This document shows, piece by piece, positions 52,591-64,000 of a DNA stretch of 64,000 nucleotides. Under the pieces are notes generated by a model. That model was given only the letters and a program-made list of their open reading frames with translations, made no database searches and was not told where the DNA came from. The translations under genes and the position numbers were made by a program. Source of the DNA: Entomortierella parvispora E1425 (Eukaryota; Fungi; Mortierellomycota). The stretch spans positions 806,001 to 870,000 of the forward strand of contig BQFW01000004.1 in NCBI GenBank assembly GCA_020891255.1, given 5' to 3'. Each line of letters opens with the position of its first letter. The stretch's first letter is position 1.

Positions 52591-52734
52591 TCACGCTGCC
52601 GGGGACCCCCTGCCCACAGTTTCAACTCCTCGTCGCTTCACGAGTCCAGAGACACTGACTATCCATTCAATCGCGACTTCGAATGCCTGAGGTGGATGTC
52701 TTTCGACGATGTAAAACAGGAGTAGCGCAGCTAT
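52591..52734 (-). pseudogene. Decayed Crinkler N-terminal (Ubl) remnant
   Basis: (ATA)AALLLFYIVERHPPQAFEVAIEWIVSVSGLVK aligns by eye to the neighbour's MTELTLFCMVKGQQTAFSVDIELTKTVDYLKK, with ATA at the position of the ATG. Confidence 0.55.
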
Positions 52735-53063
52735 AGAGGAAGTACGGTGGCTGGTTTCGGGCGTGAAGGGTGGTTGAGAAAGAAAGGAATGAGTGTGAGG
52801 AAACATGAAGGAAGGATGAAAGAGCGAGAAGGAGAAAAGAGCGGCCAAGGATGGCAGGGTGACCAAAACTGTATTTTGGTTCTCATTTCGGAGCCAGTTG
52901 AGCTGCCAGAGATCTGATGGTGCCCAAAGGAGTGTCTTTCTTTGTTGTCTATGTGCCCCAACTCTGAGGGATCTGCAGCTCTCAGCATTGAACAATCCAA
53001 CTTTTTCTCTTTCTATGAACCCTGTCAATTGTCCAAATACCCTCGTTTTATTTTCGTAAGGAC

Positions 53064-55307
53064 TCAATAAGGTGAACCACGTATTCCAGGGGATTGGCCA
53101 GCGGATGCTTGGTGCAAATCGATTTTCATCACAAATTGCTGCACTTGTTGAATATGTTGTGGGACCCTCAGGTAGTATTTTCCGTCTTTCTTCTGGTAAT
53201 TCTGCGCACGGAAACCGTCATAGATTTTACTAGGAACAACAAAGATCAGCATCGCTTCTCCAGACGAACCAATCCACTGTTGTTGCACGAGATTGTTGAG
53301 AAGGTTTGAGAATGGCGGTCCTTTGATATCGTGTTTCTGGGAGACAGTTACTTGGAACAGGTGTTGTGGTGCTAACAGCAGGTCAACGCATGCATAGTTG
53401 CACTGCTTCGGTATGTGCAATACCCCATGTGATGATGCCGGAATCTCCTTGAACCATTCCACTGCCGGATTATCTGGGATACTAAAGGTCGTGGTCGTCC
53501 CGTCTTGAAGATTCTAGATGTGGAATTCACAGCCGCCCTTTCGAAAGAGATGTTGGACATAAGTCTCGAACATAAATCCTTTTGAAGCTCCGTCGGCATC
53601 GTTAAGAAGACTCTGCAATATTGATCTCCAAGCAGCATCCTTGAGTGAGTTGCCGACCTCCTCTGCAATGTGGGCTGATCCCCATTTCAAATAGAAATCC
53701 TTGTGGTTATCTGATGGCCAACGGTGGAGAATACGGTTACTGAACTCCAACGAAGCCTTCCCTTGCCGAAAGCAATCCATCAGCTTTATCGGATCTTTGA
53801 CTGAATCGATAGCTTGCTGAACACGCTCATATGCACTTTTCCTGGCACCAGGAAGATCATCTTGCTCGAGGCTCAGAACATCCTTTGGTTTCTCCAGGAC
53901 ATATCTCGGCACACCGCCTATCAAGTCATAGAGTTCTTCCATGAATTCCTTGGGTACCACTTGAAAGCTCCTGATGTTGCTGCGGCACAGCTCGAGTTCG
54001 TCCAGCGTCCATGGAGCCATGAAGTAACGCCATGGCACTCGTTTGTCGATTTCCTGAAAGTAGTCATCCGTGGCAGAAAGCGTCTTTGGTGATGCTGATA
54101 AAACAGTTCTTGCTTCAACTAGCCGCGGGTTCTTGGGGCTGTCGGCCAAATACCACGTTTCGCGAAGATCAAGGAAGTCCCGAAAATCGCTGATGTCTCC
54201 ATAGAGTAGGGTAGATACACCTCCAAATACATAGCATGTGGTGTCCCCCTTTTCATGGAAAATAACAATGGGTGGATTGTCATTACCACCTTCCGCAAGG
54301 AGTCGGATGGCGAGGTACACAAGGAAGGCTGATTTCCCGATGCCTGATGTTCCAGTGACCACAATGCGATTCCATCCTTCGTTCTTTGGCCTGTCTTGAA
54401 ATTTCGACGTAATTTCAGTGAAAAGATCCTTGAAGGTCTGTCGAACATAAAGGTCCTTCGTTCCAACCACAGGAAATCGAGTATCAGAGGCTGTGGATAG
54501 TAGCTCTAGATCTTGGAAGGATAAATCCTGTAGAGCGCTGGCAGTCTTGGACATTGACACGTAACTGCTGTTGTGGGTAACAGCCTGGCCCATGTAACTA
54601 AGTATAGAGACTCTTTCTTTGTTGTCAAGGCGGGAGAGGTCAACCATACCATCCACCACAGCTTTTTCCGTAAGACCTGCCTCTTTAATCGCATCCTCCA
54701 GCGAACACGATTGACGAGGCCTCTTGGAGGCAGCTCCTAGTAAGAGAGGTGACGTTAAACAAAAAGGCGGCAACCAAAAATATTCGCTCGCCAGTAATGT
54801 CCATGAATGATTGCAATAAAATGGTTTTGAAGTGAAAGTCGCAAACAATTACCTGCATCTCCATCGTTGCCTCTCTTCGGGGCTGTTGGAATTATTATAA
54901 AGGAAAATGTGATAATTAGGATGGATAATAATAGCCTTTCACAGACAAGCTCATGCAAGTGAGAAACCAAAGCCTGTTGCATCACCTTGCGAGGGTAACT
55001 GGACAATGATGTGCAGATTCTCCTCTAACGCTCCATCAGAGGGAGGGAAGATCGCAGAAATACGGGCGTTCTCTTCAAGTTTTGGAGTATTTTCGATGAC
55101 ATTCTGCAGGAGGGTCGAGTCTTTCTTTGCATCGGCAAGTTTGATGTTCGCCTTCCAAAGGGTGAGGTCCTTTGGCGGTGTACTAAGTTTCAATTCATCG
55201 TTGCTAATTTTTTTCTTGAGGTAGTCAACCGTCTTCGTTAACTCTATATCGACAGAGAAGGCTGTTTGTTGACCCTTGACCATGCAGAACAGCGTGAGCT
55301 CGGTCAT
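53064..55307 (-). pseudogene. Crinkler (CRN) effector-family gene (Ubl + P-loop NTPase + restriction-endonuclease-like domain) with an in-frame TAG at 53514-53516
   Basis: LTLFCMV..AFSVDI..TVDYLKK..LTLWKA..LHIIVQLP head; IVVTGTSGIGKS Walker A; GFMFETYV; VDLL..FQVTVSQKH. The ORFs 53514-54848 and 53064-53462 are in the same frame, separated only by a TAG and 17 sense codons. Confidence 0.85.
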
Positions 55308-55920
55308 AGCGTAAGACGAGTAATTGATTTTGGATTGGTAAGATGTGAAAAGTGGCTGACGAAAGAAAGAATGAGCGAGAAAGTGAACAAATAAAAGAGC
55401 GAGAAGAAAAGAGAGAGCGGACAACGAGAGAAGGAGGTCTTAAGATTGGCAGGTAGTGAAGAATGGTTGTTAAGAAAGCTCGGTGTATGCATGGCATGCA
55501 TGAGACGGGCGTAGGAAACACGCACATTTGCACATTTGCGCCACTTCGGTGACGTCAATAAGGCGCGGATTGTCCTGGTGGAGCCGAAAGAAAAAAGAAC
55601 AGGGATTCATTCCCCAAGAGAGTGCAAGAGTGTGCAGAGTGCAGAAGTCACTTCCCAATTTTCCAATTGCGCTTCCAATCTTCCATCGCGACAACATCCA
55701 TCCCTTCCACTCTCTTCCTTCCTTCCTTCCTTGCTTGCTTCCTTCCTTCCCTCCTCCGCCCACCCCCCGGCTTGCATCCCTCTGGCACTCCAAATGCATC
55801 CCCCCGCAGCGGATTGTTCATTGTCATTCTTGTCCTCCACCGCTCTCCTGCCCCTGCTCTGATTGCCCGTGCCAACGACTGTTGATTGCCACCCTTCCCT
55901 TCCTCCTACCGCAACATCCC

Positions 55921-55963
55921 AACAGAATCTGATTACTCCAACAGAATCTGATTACTCCAACAG
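55921..55963 (+). repeat. 19-nt tandem duplication (aacagaatctgattactcc x2.3) just upstream of the CTK1 ATG
   Basis: Read directly. Confidence 0.85.
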
Positions 55964-55973
55964 CAAGCGAGCC

Positions 55974-58900
55974 ATGAATGAGGACATGACCCCCACTCCA
56001 TCCACAGTGCCCGAGGACGCGTCCACGGCCGTTGTTTCCCAACCAGAAGTGCTATCGACGGCAGTGGTGGCTGTGCCTGAAGCAGACGCAGAAACTCCTT
56101 CGCACGGGGGAACAACGGTCGTCTCGACCGTGATGACCTCCACCACCATCACCACAGCCGCCACTCCTTCCACAGCTGCAGCCACGACCACCACGGCTGC
56201 CAAGGCCACCACCATCACCGCATCCTTCACTGTGCCAGCAGTAGCGAAACCCTTGCCTACACCTGCTTTACCCTTCCAGTCGGCGCGTGCGTCCGAGTCC
56301 CTCTATACCAGCACTTTTGCCTCTCCTTACAACAGGGCCCCGGCACGTTCAGCCTCCATGTCAGCCGCAGCGGCCTCTGCCGCGGCTCTTCAGTTGCAAA
56401 GGGAACTGGACTCTCAACACGAGATTCTAGGACGCAAGCCTCAACTTGCTCAGGACATTGTCTCCAAGGAACCTGTCAGTCAACCAACCTTCAGAGACTA
56501 TGGTGCAACACGCGACTGGCGTCGAGAGCAGAGTCGGGATCGGAGAGATAGATCCAGGGAACGGGACCGTGAACGCGACCGCGACCGCTACAGCAGAAGT
56601 CGATACGATCGATCCAGAGAAAGAGATCGAGGAAGACACAGAGATCGGTACAGTCGCGAGAGAAGCCATGAAAGAGACCAGGATCGCGACCATGACCGCG
56701 ACCGAGACTACCGTCATGATCGTGGGTACAGGAATGACTACCGATACCATGGAGATCACTCTGCGGATCGCGATTACAGAGGCTACAGGCATGATCGACA
56801 CGACAGACATTACCGCGACAGCAAAGATCCTGATATGAGAAGAGAATACGACTATGATGATTCTCGGAGTAGCGGACGCTACGATACCGCTGAAGGTGAC
56901 CGTGAACGCGACAGGTCGCCTGAACGAAGCCAATGGAAAGAAGGAGATGAGGGAGTTGAGGCTGCCTCGACCAAAGGAACAGACCACCCGCCTCGCGACT
57001 ATGATTATGAGCATGAGCGAGGTCGGCCCAGAGATCTCGACCCTGACCGGGAGCGCGATCGTGAGCGAGATCGGGAACGGGACCCTGAGCGGGAGCGGGA
57101 CCGCCATCGGGAACGTGATCACTATCGGGACCGCTACAGGCACTGGGACAGGAGGGACTATGAATACAAGAGCCGCCACTCGCCTCCACCACCCATGGAT
57201 CACTCTGCATACCCTGTTCCTCCTCTGCCTCCTCAACCTCCTCAGCTGCCTTTGCAACCACAGCCTCAGCCGCAGCCGCAACCTCCAGCACAGGCACATC
57301 CTGCAACCATCGCAGGCCACCCACCTCCACCACCACCGCCTCCACAGATACCACCCCAAATGCCATCATTGCAGCACATGCAGCCACTGCACCAACATCC
57401 TGTCCCTCCTCATCAGTATCTACAGCACCCGGTGCCATCTCAAGCCCCACCATTAGCTCAACAACGGATGTACCCCCCACCACAATATCAAGGAGAGCAA
57501 GCACTGCAACAGGACCTCTCTTCACCATACGCCTCGTTCCCTAAAGGCGATGATCTTTACGAGCGCGTTGGTCAGGTCGGCGAGGGCACTTATGGGTAAG
57601 CAGGTTTTGCACTTTTTACTGAAGATGATCATTTCGAAGTTCGTAACTTTTTACTAAAACGAATCATTTTGAATCCACCTGCAGCAAAGTATACAAGGCT
57701 AAAAATAAGCAGACCGGTGAATACGTAGCGCTCAAGAGGATCCGTATGGAGGCTGAAAAGGACGGAGTAAGTACTCGGAGTATGCATCAGAGAGGATGCT
57801 GACAGCGCTTGATGTCTAACGATTTTTTTTTCTCCTTCCATCGATACAAAGTTCCCTATCACGGCTATGCGGGAGATCAAACTTTTACAGTCGCTGAATC
57901 ATCGCTATGTTGTCAGCCTGAAAGAGCTCATGGTTTCCAAGGGCGCTGTGTATATGGTTTTTGAGTACATGGACCATGATTTGACCGGAATACTGGCTCA
58001 CCCACAGCTAAAGTTCAGACCCGACCACATCAAGTGCCTCATGAAGCAACTCTTGGAAGGACTGGGCTTTTTGCATCACAAAGGTGTTCTACACCGTGAT
58101 ATCAAGGGTATGTTGAACTGCGCGTTAACCTTGTTATCCAAGTACAGAACCACATTTCATTTTTGTTAACCTCAAGTTAATTCTATTTGCAGGGTCCAAC
58201 CTTCTTGTAAATAAGCGTGGCGAGCTGAAGCTGGCGGATTTTGGACTAGCTCGAGTTTTTCAGAAAAAGACAAAGAGGGACTACACGAACCGCGTCATTA
58301 CACTCTGGTACCGTCCTCCAGAGCTCATTCTTGGCGCGACAGCGTATGGTCCCGAAGTGGATATGTGGAGTGCAGGATGCATTTTTGTTGAACTTTTCAC
58401 AAGACGCGCCATTTTCCAAGGACATAACGAAATTACACAACTGGACCATATTTGGAGGATCATGGGCACACCCCAAAAGGAGTCCTGGCCCGATGTGGAT
58501 CAGCTTCCCTGGTATGAGCTGATCAAGCATCTTAGCTCTGAATCAAGGGCTTCAAAGTTCCGAGAGATGTTTGGAAAGCTTATGAGTCCAGGTGCTTTGG
58601 AACTCGCGGAAGCGTTATTGAGCCTTAACCCCAAACATCGACCCACGGCTGTAGAGGCACTTTCAAATTTTGCATACTTTTCAGAGGAGGAACCAAGTGC
58701 TTGTGCGCCTGAAGAGTAAGATGAAGGATCGTACATATGTGTAATGATTTGATTTTCAAGATACTGTCAGGTTCTAATCCTTCCCCCTTTTTATCAATAG
58801 TCTTCCCAAGATTGAGGGCGACTGGCACGAGTATGAATCGAAGCAGCGGAAAAAGGCAAACGCAAAGCCAAAACACCCACAGCCACAGCCTCATTCGGCA

Positions 58901-60952
58901 CGCCAGTCCAGCGACCCCGACAAACAGGATCGTCCAGAATCGGATAGACAAGGTGACGCAGGACGTCCTCAAATGAGACGCCCGCAGAGTGGAACGTCTA
59001 CAAGACCCTCTAGTCCCAGCAATTCTTCTGCGGTGGGTCTAGTGGTCATGACTGGTGTCAACCCATCTGAGCAGGCTCTCGACACCAAGCAGGAAGCAGA
59101 GACCATCGTCTCTGCTAAAGGGGTGGAGCAAATGGATGCACCTCCAGCAATTTCACCCTCCTACCTTCCTTATTCTGCTACCAGACCAAACCATGAATAT
59201 GGCAACCAACTTCCTTCCTCAATACCTCGGCAGGAGTATCCAGCGTCTGATCATCCTCGGGGAGGCCCAGCACCTCTACATTCTGGAGCATTGGAACACC
59301 GTGATGTATCTAGGGCCCATCTTCCAAGCGCAAAGGAGGCTGAGACGATTCATGGAGCTGCCGGTGTCCCATCGCAGCGATATATCGACCCATCAAGTGT
59401 CCACCCATACGACTCTGCCAGGGTTGGGTCCGGCCCAACGCACACGAACGGAGCAGCTTCGGCGACGCCAATGCTTGGGGGACCCTCACGGCCCCCTCCA
59501 CCACCAGTTCCTTTCCCTCCTCCAGCCCAGTTTGTGGACCCTTATCTAGCAGAGCTGCACCGCCATGCTTCACTTGGTGAGGATCCATCCCGGCTTCAAC
59601 AACCCGTTGGTGCTTTGCCAAATGCTGCCTATCCCAAGCCTGGCTACCCTGATGAGCCTGTTGCCCCAGAGGTTGCTCCTGTCTACGACTATTACAGCCG
59701 CGGAGGCAGCAGCCGCCATTACGATTACGCAGCGCGGGACCGGGAGCGCGATCGAGAACGAATTGACAGAGATCGTTATCGGGAGTATGCCAGTGGTGGA
59801 GACCGGAGACGGCGCGACTACCGTGGAAGCCGAGACTGGTCTCGCGAACGTGATCGCGAAAGAGATCGGGACCGTGATTATGATCGTAGAAGGGATAGAG
59901 AACTACCCATTCCAGGGGATATTGGTCCAGTGCCAGGAGCTCCCACTTCAGGTGCCCCTGCCGGTTCTGCTGCCCCCGATACCGCTCTTGTTGGCGAACC
60001 ACCAGAACGCGAGGGTCGTGATCGAGAGCGAGATTATGGACCAAGATATAGAGATCGATCTGGACGAGACTATGACCGCGATCGTGCCGACCTTTCCTAT
60101 CACCACCACTCCAGTCGCCATCACACGCGCGGACGGGACCGCAGCTACGATGCGGATGAATATTACCACCGCGATAGGGCCCCCGCTGGAGCATCCTCCG
60201 TGAAGTCAGACCTGCCTGGGCGAGACCGTGACCGTGAAAACGGCGGAAGTGGAGATCTGCGGGGCCGCGATAGAGATCAGGACTATGACTACTATGAGCG
60301 TGATCGTGAACGTGACCGGGACCGAGATTATAACCAGGACCGCGACCGGGAACGTGGTAGAGATCGTGATCGTGGATACGGCTATGAGGACGATCGACGC
60401 TCTTTTGATAGAGGATACCGTCCTGCTCCTCCTGCACGGGCTGCCGAGTCTTCCTCCTTGCATTCACAGTATCCTGCGTCCTACCCTCCGGATCGGTCTA
60501 CTCTCTTAGATGATAATCGATCAGGTCGTAGGGAGGATGGATCTGATGGGGAACACCCTGGAGATGGCGACCACCATCGACGCGTTGATACCTCTTTGTT
60601 GAAACGGAGCAGGAGCAGCGATCGTAGTCCTTCTCCTAATTCTGGAGCAAGACATCGACGATCTGACCCTATCAGAAATGGCGACAATCATTTTGGAGAT
60701 GAATATGGAAAGGAGTATGGAAAGAACGAATCAGGCCGTAGTGGCGCGTTCCAGGAACCAAGAGCACGTCGACCAGGCGCTGAAGACGAGGAGCGGGATG
60801 TTGACGTTGAGAATGATGACAATCACGAAGGAGGTCGGCATTCGCGTCCGTCTTCTGCTACTGGATACCGACCAGCGGTAAAGAAGATGAAGGTTTCAAC
60901 CGACTCTTCTTCATTGTCTTCGCCCTCTACGACTCTTTCCTCAATGACCTGA
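55974..60952 (+). CDS. CTK1: RNA pol II CTD Ser2 kinase (Ctk1/Lsk1/CDK12-like), about 5 exons
   Basis: VGEGTYG; FPITAMREIKLL; VFEYMDHDLTG; HRDIKG..LADFGLAR; YTNRVITLWYRPPEL; LPKIEGDWHEYESK. Confidence 0.92.
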
Positions 60953-61329
60953 TCCAGTTGTTTCTCCTAGTCTTTGACAAAACCGCGTTCGCGCACACAG
61001 ACCAATCAACCAAAGAAATGCATTTTTATCATCCCAGCATCCTGTATTTTTACCTTTTTTTTCCCCTCTCTTTCTTCCTGCTTTGCTTGAACCAGTTTGT
61101 GTTCATGCATTCTTTTTTTTTTTTAATTTATCTCGCTCGTTCCCTGTTCCATTATCAGATCCATCCATGCACCTGTCATTGTACTTGTATCAACAGAAAA
61201 AAAAGGAAAAAAAAAAATAAACAATCTTTCAAACAGACAACAGAAACAGGGATATATTATTGGACGGTGTTGGCGATCGATCTTTTCTGAAGGAATGGGA
61301 AGGGCTGCCTTTGTCGATGGTCGAGTGCT

Positions 61330-62789
61330 CTAAACATCCCAATCGTCATGGCCGGACCAAGATCCCAGAGGGTTAATTGAACTCAATTCATCGACCATGA
61401 CTTCCCGCGCTATTGTCTCGAGTTCCTTGGAAACCAATGCCAGGATTTTCTATTTTTTTTTTTTTATTTTTTTTTTTTTTTTTTTTTTTTTTATAGAAAT
61501 TGCAATCGTTTCAGTCCATTTTTATGAATCTCAAGGTACAACTCCATGGTCAGTCATGAATCTTCTGTCCCTTTTCTTTCTTTTCTTACCTTGAACCGCC
61601 CATCGATCTTTTGAAACATTTCTAAATGGGTCAAATTCATGCACATATCCTGGTCATGAGCCCCGAGTCGTTCATACACTTGGGCAATCACATCGCACAG
61701 CGACGCAAAAGTGACCACATAATCGAGATGGAAGGGCTAATAAACATTTTAGCAGCAATCGGGGAAACAAAAAAAAAAAAAAAAAAAAAAAAAAATCGCG
61801 AAAGAAAAAGGCTCATAATAATTAGGACATGGTTGAAAATCACCGATGAAAGCAAAAAACCAGAAAAAAAAAAAAAGGCGGACCAAATTGGATCTTTTTC
61901 AAGAATGTTTTCCTTACCACGGTACGGACTTCCAGCAATGAATATTCTCCAGTCTCCTCGAACGGTTTGATCACACCTTCTGTTCCTTTCCGGATGGTCG
62001 TCCTGAAAAAGATCTAAAAAAAAAAAAAAAATCAAAATCAAAATGAAAATCGAGGGTTCAAATCCTTTTCTTTCTTGTGGGCATCTCGGAGTTGGACACT
62101 GTTTTTCAATATGCCTACCCCCGCCCAAAGAACTTTTGCCTTACCATCTTTGAGCGAGACTCGGACCCGGTAAAGTATTCATATTCTTGCACGACACCAT
62201 GCAAGGCCTTTAAACAATCCGCCATACTCGGGATCTCCAAAATCGTCGCCAGCGAGGTTCCCAGCAAGAAATACTGCAGTGCCCTAGGGTCGCACCACAA
62301 CGAGTAGGAGAGAGAGGGAAAAGGATAGAGTGTCAATCTCGTGTACCTCTTTCTCGACAACTCTTTGGTCCTGCAAAGTCTGCTCCGTTTTCGTTCAGCG
62401 ATTCATTAAAATTTCCCTATTTTTTTTTTTTTTTTTTTTTACCTCCGCTGCATCTTCTCGTCGGTATATCCATGCCTCAAATCCTCATCCGAGAGCAAAG
62501 CCGTGTTATAAAGGACGGTACCGCCTTGATACACTCTCTGCATGTACCTCCACGTCGCCGCTCTTTTACCCAACAATCCCGGAAACGCGTCCAACGCTCC
62601 GTTGCTGAGACTGTTCAAGAACAAGGATTGGGTCGAAGAGATTGTGCCTATGGATGAATTTCCAGCTCCAGAACTATTGCTACTCGTCCCCGAGGTACTT
62701 ATCATGCCGGAAGAAGACGTCCCTCCAGGAGGTGAACTCAACATCATCATGGACACGGAGGCCGGAGAATTAGGGCCTGCACTGGACAT
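61330..62789 (-). CDS. Conserved hypothetical protein, multi-exon
   Basis: KRAATWRYMQRVYQGG..YNTALL; LQYFLLGTSL; GEYSLLEVRTV|PFHLDYVVTFASLCDVIAQVYERL..FQKIDGRFK|KILALVSKEL..DWDV*. GT-AG junctions keep the frame. Confidence 0.75.
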
Positions 62790-63591
62790 CTTTTTTTTTT
62801 CTGCCTTTTTTTTGCGGGATTTTCTCTTTTCGGGGTTGTTTTCCTCTATGCTTCCCGGCGCGGAGGGGTTGGGTTGCCGTGGGGGTATAACCGAGATAGA
62901 GACGATTCTGTTCTCTGTAATGTGCCTTGTCAGTAGCGACAGAGGTGCTGTATCGAGGGTATATGAGGAAGAGGAGACGGAAAACTCAGCCGAAGGAACA
63001 GCGGGAATAAAGTTTGGGGGAGTAAGGGTCTCTTGTTGCTTCTGATGAAGGAAGGAAGGATGAGAGATGGAGTATGAATGCTAGAGAATCAAAGAAGAGA
63101 GAAAGAGAGAAAGAGAGAAGAGGAGAAGGGAAAAGGAGAAAGGAGGGGAGATGTGGATGACGATGGGATGGCAATGGGGCAAGGAGATGGGACAGGACAG
63201 AAAAGAGCCAAGATAGAGAACGGGCGGGAGGGGAGCAAGGAACAAGGGAACGGAGACAATCAATTTTATTTCATTTTTGGGCGCAATTGACAGGTCGTGT
63301 CACTCGCCGTCTCTCTGTCCCAGGAACATCATCTCTCTCCACGTGACTGACTGTTATTTCTCTTTTTTTCTTTTCTTTTTCTCTTCGTTCCTCATACCTC
63401 CCCTCTCTGCTGCATTCAACTTCAGGATACATCCTACATCAAAAGGTCTCTATGAGTATGGAATAATCATTTCTTATATATTTATATTTATATATATATC
63501 TAGTCTACAACTGACGGCCGAATACTATACAAACTGGCAAATGGGGGGGTGGGGAATAACAAAAAAAAAAAAAACACTTTCAAAACAACTT

Positions 63592-64000
63592 TTACACCTT
63601 GGCCTTCTTGGCCACATGCTCCGCTGCTGCCTCTTCCTCCTCCTGCTTCACAGTCTCGCGACCGTGCTTGGACGGACCATTGTGGTGGCTGTGGAGATGA
63701 CGATGCTTCTTGGGCACCTGCACAACGCGCGCCGCCGTCGAATTGTCATCGTCGTCATCGTCCGCAACGTTCCCTTGGTCCATCTCTTCTTCTTCTTCTT
63801 CGTCTTCTTCCTTGATCTCTTCCAACTTGACCGACATTTCCTCATCCTCGTCATCCTCATCCTCGCTCACAGGCATCGAAAGGGACCCGTCCGCGTAGGC
63901 CGAGGTCGTCGGTGGGATCAAGAGTCCCAGGCTCTCCATGTTTTGAGAAAGCTTGGGGTCCACGAGCAACTTTTGACAACGAGCAATGAAGTGCGTCATT
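63592..64000 (-). CDS. 3' end of an unidentified gene with an acidic tail and a terminal basic motif (KKAKV)
   Basis: Open frame running off the right edge; acidic EDEDDEDEE stretch and an NLS-like end. Confidence 0.6.
   Translation of the reverse strand, partial: MTHFIARCQKLLVDPKLSQNMESLGLLIPPTTSAYADGSLSMPVSEDEDDEDEEMSVKLEEIKEEDEEEEEEMDQGNVADDDDDDNSTAARVVQVPKKHRHLHSHHNGPSKHGRETVKQEEEEAAAEHVAKKAKV

Noticed and set aside
56427-57528. Long antisense ORFs over CTK1 (also over ARG4 at 43768-44529 and CTK1 at 59310-60467)
   Set aside because: Shadow frames of low-complexity or codon-biased coding sequence.

Overview
This is intron-rich fungal genomic DNA (GT-AG introns), most consistent with an early-diverging fungus such as Mortierellaceae. 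That assignment is inferred from a Crinkler gene, GCAT and the gene style. It is not prokaryotic, and I saw no rRNA, tRNA, CRISPR array or intact transposon. Housekeeping genes in order: PPR protein (partial), Pof10-like F-box/WD40/UIM, SEN2, GCAT/KBL, CRAL-TRIO, PTH1, M28 ERMP1-like protease, NTF2-like protein, Myb-repeat protein, ARG4, small membrane protein, atypical CAX, CTK1-like kinase and two unknown genes. Two accessory zones stand out. (1) A ~17.9 kb head-to-tail array of five ~3.5 kb units (14571-32465), each carrying a cytochrome P450. The unit starts inside the last exon of the upstream CRAL-TRIO gene. Copy 2 is a pseudogene, the copies are mosaic, and divergence concentrates in substrate-recognition segments. 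(2) A putative effector pocket (~50.9-55.3 kb) containing a secreted CAP/PR-1 protein, a Crinkler (Ubl + NTPase + REase) with an in-frame TAG in the nuclease part, and a second decayed Crinkler head. Exon boundaries were read by eye and are approximate where stated.
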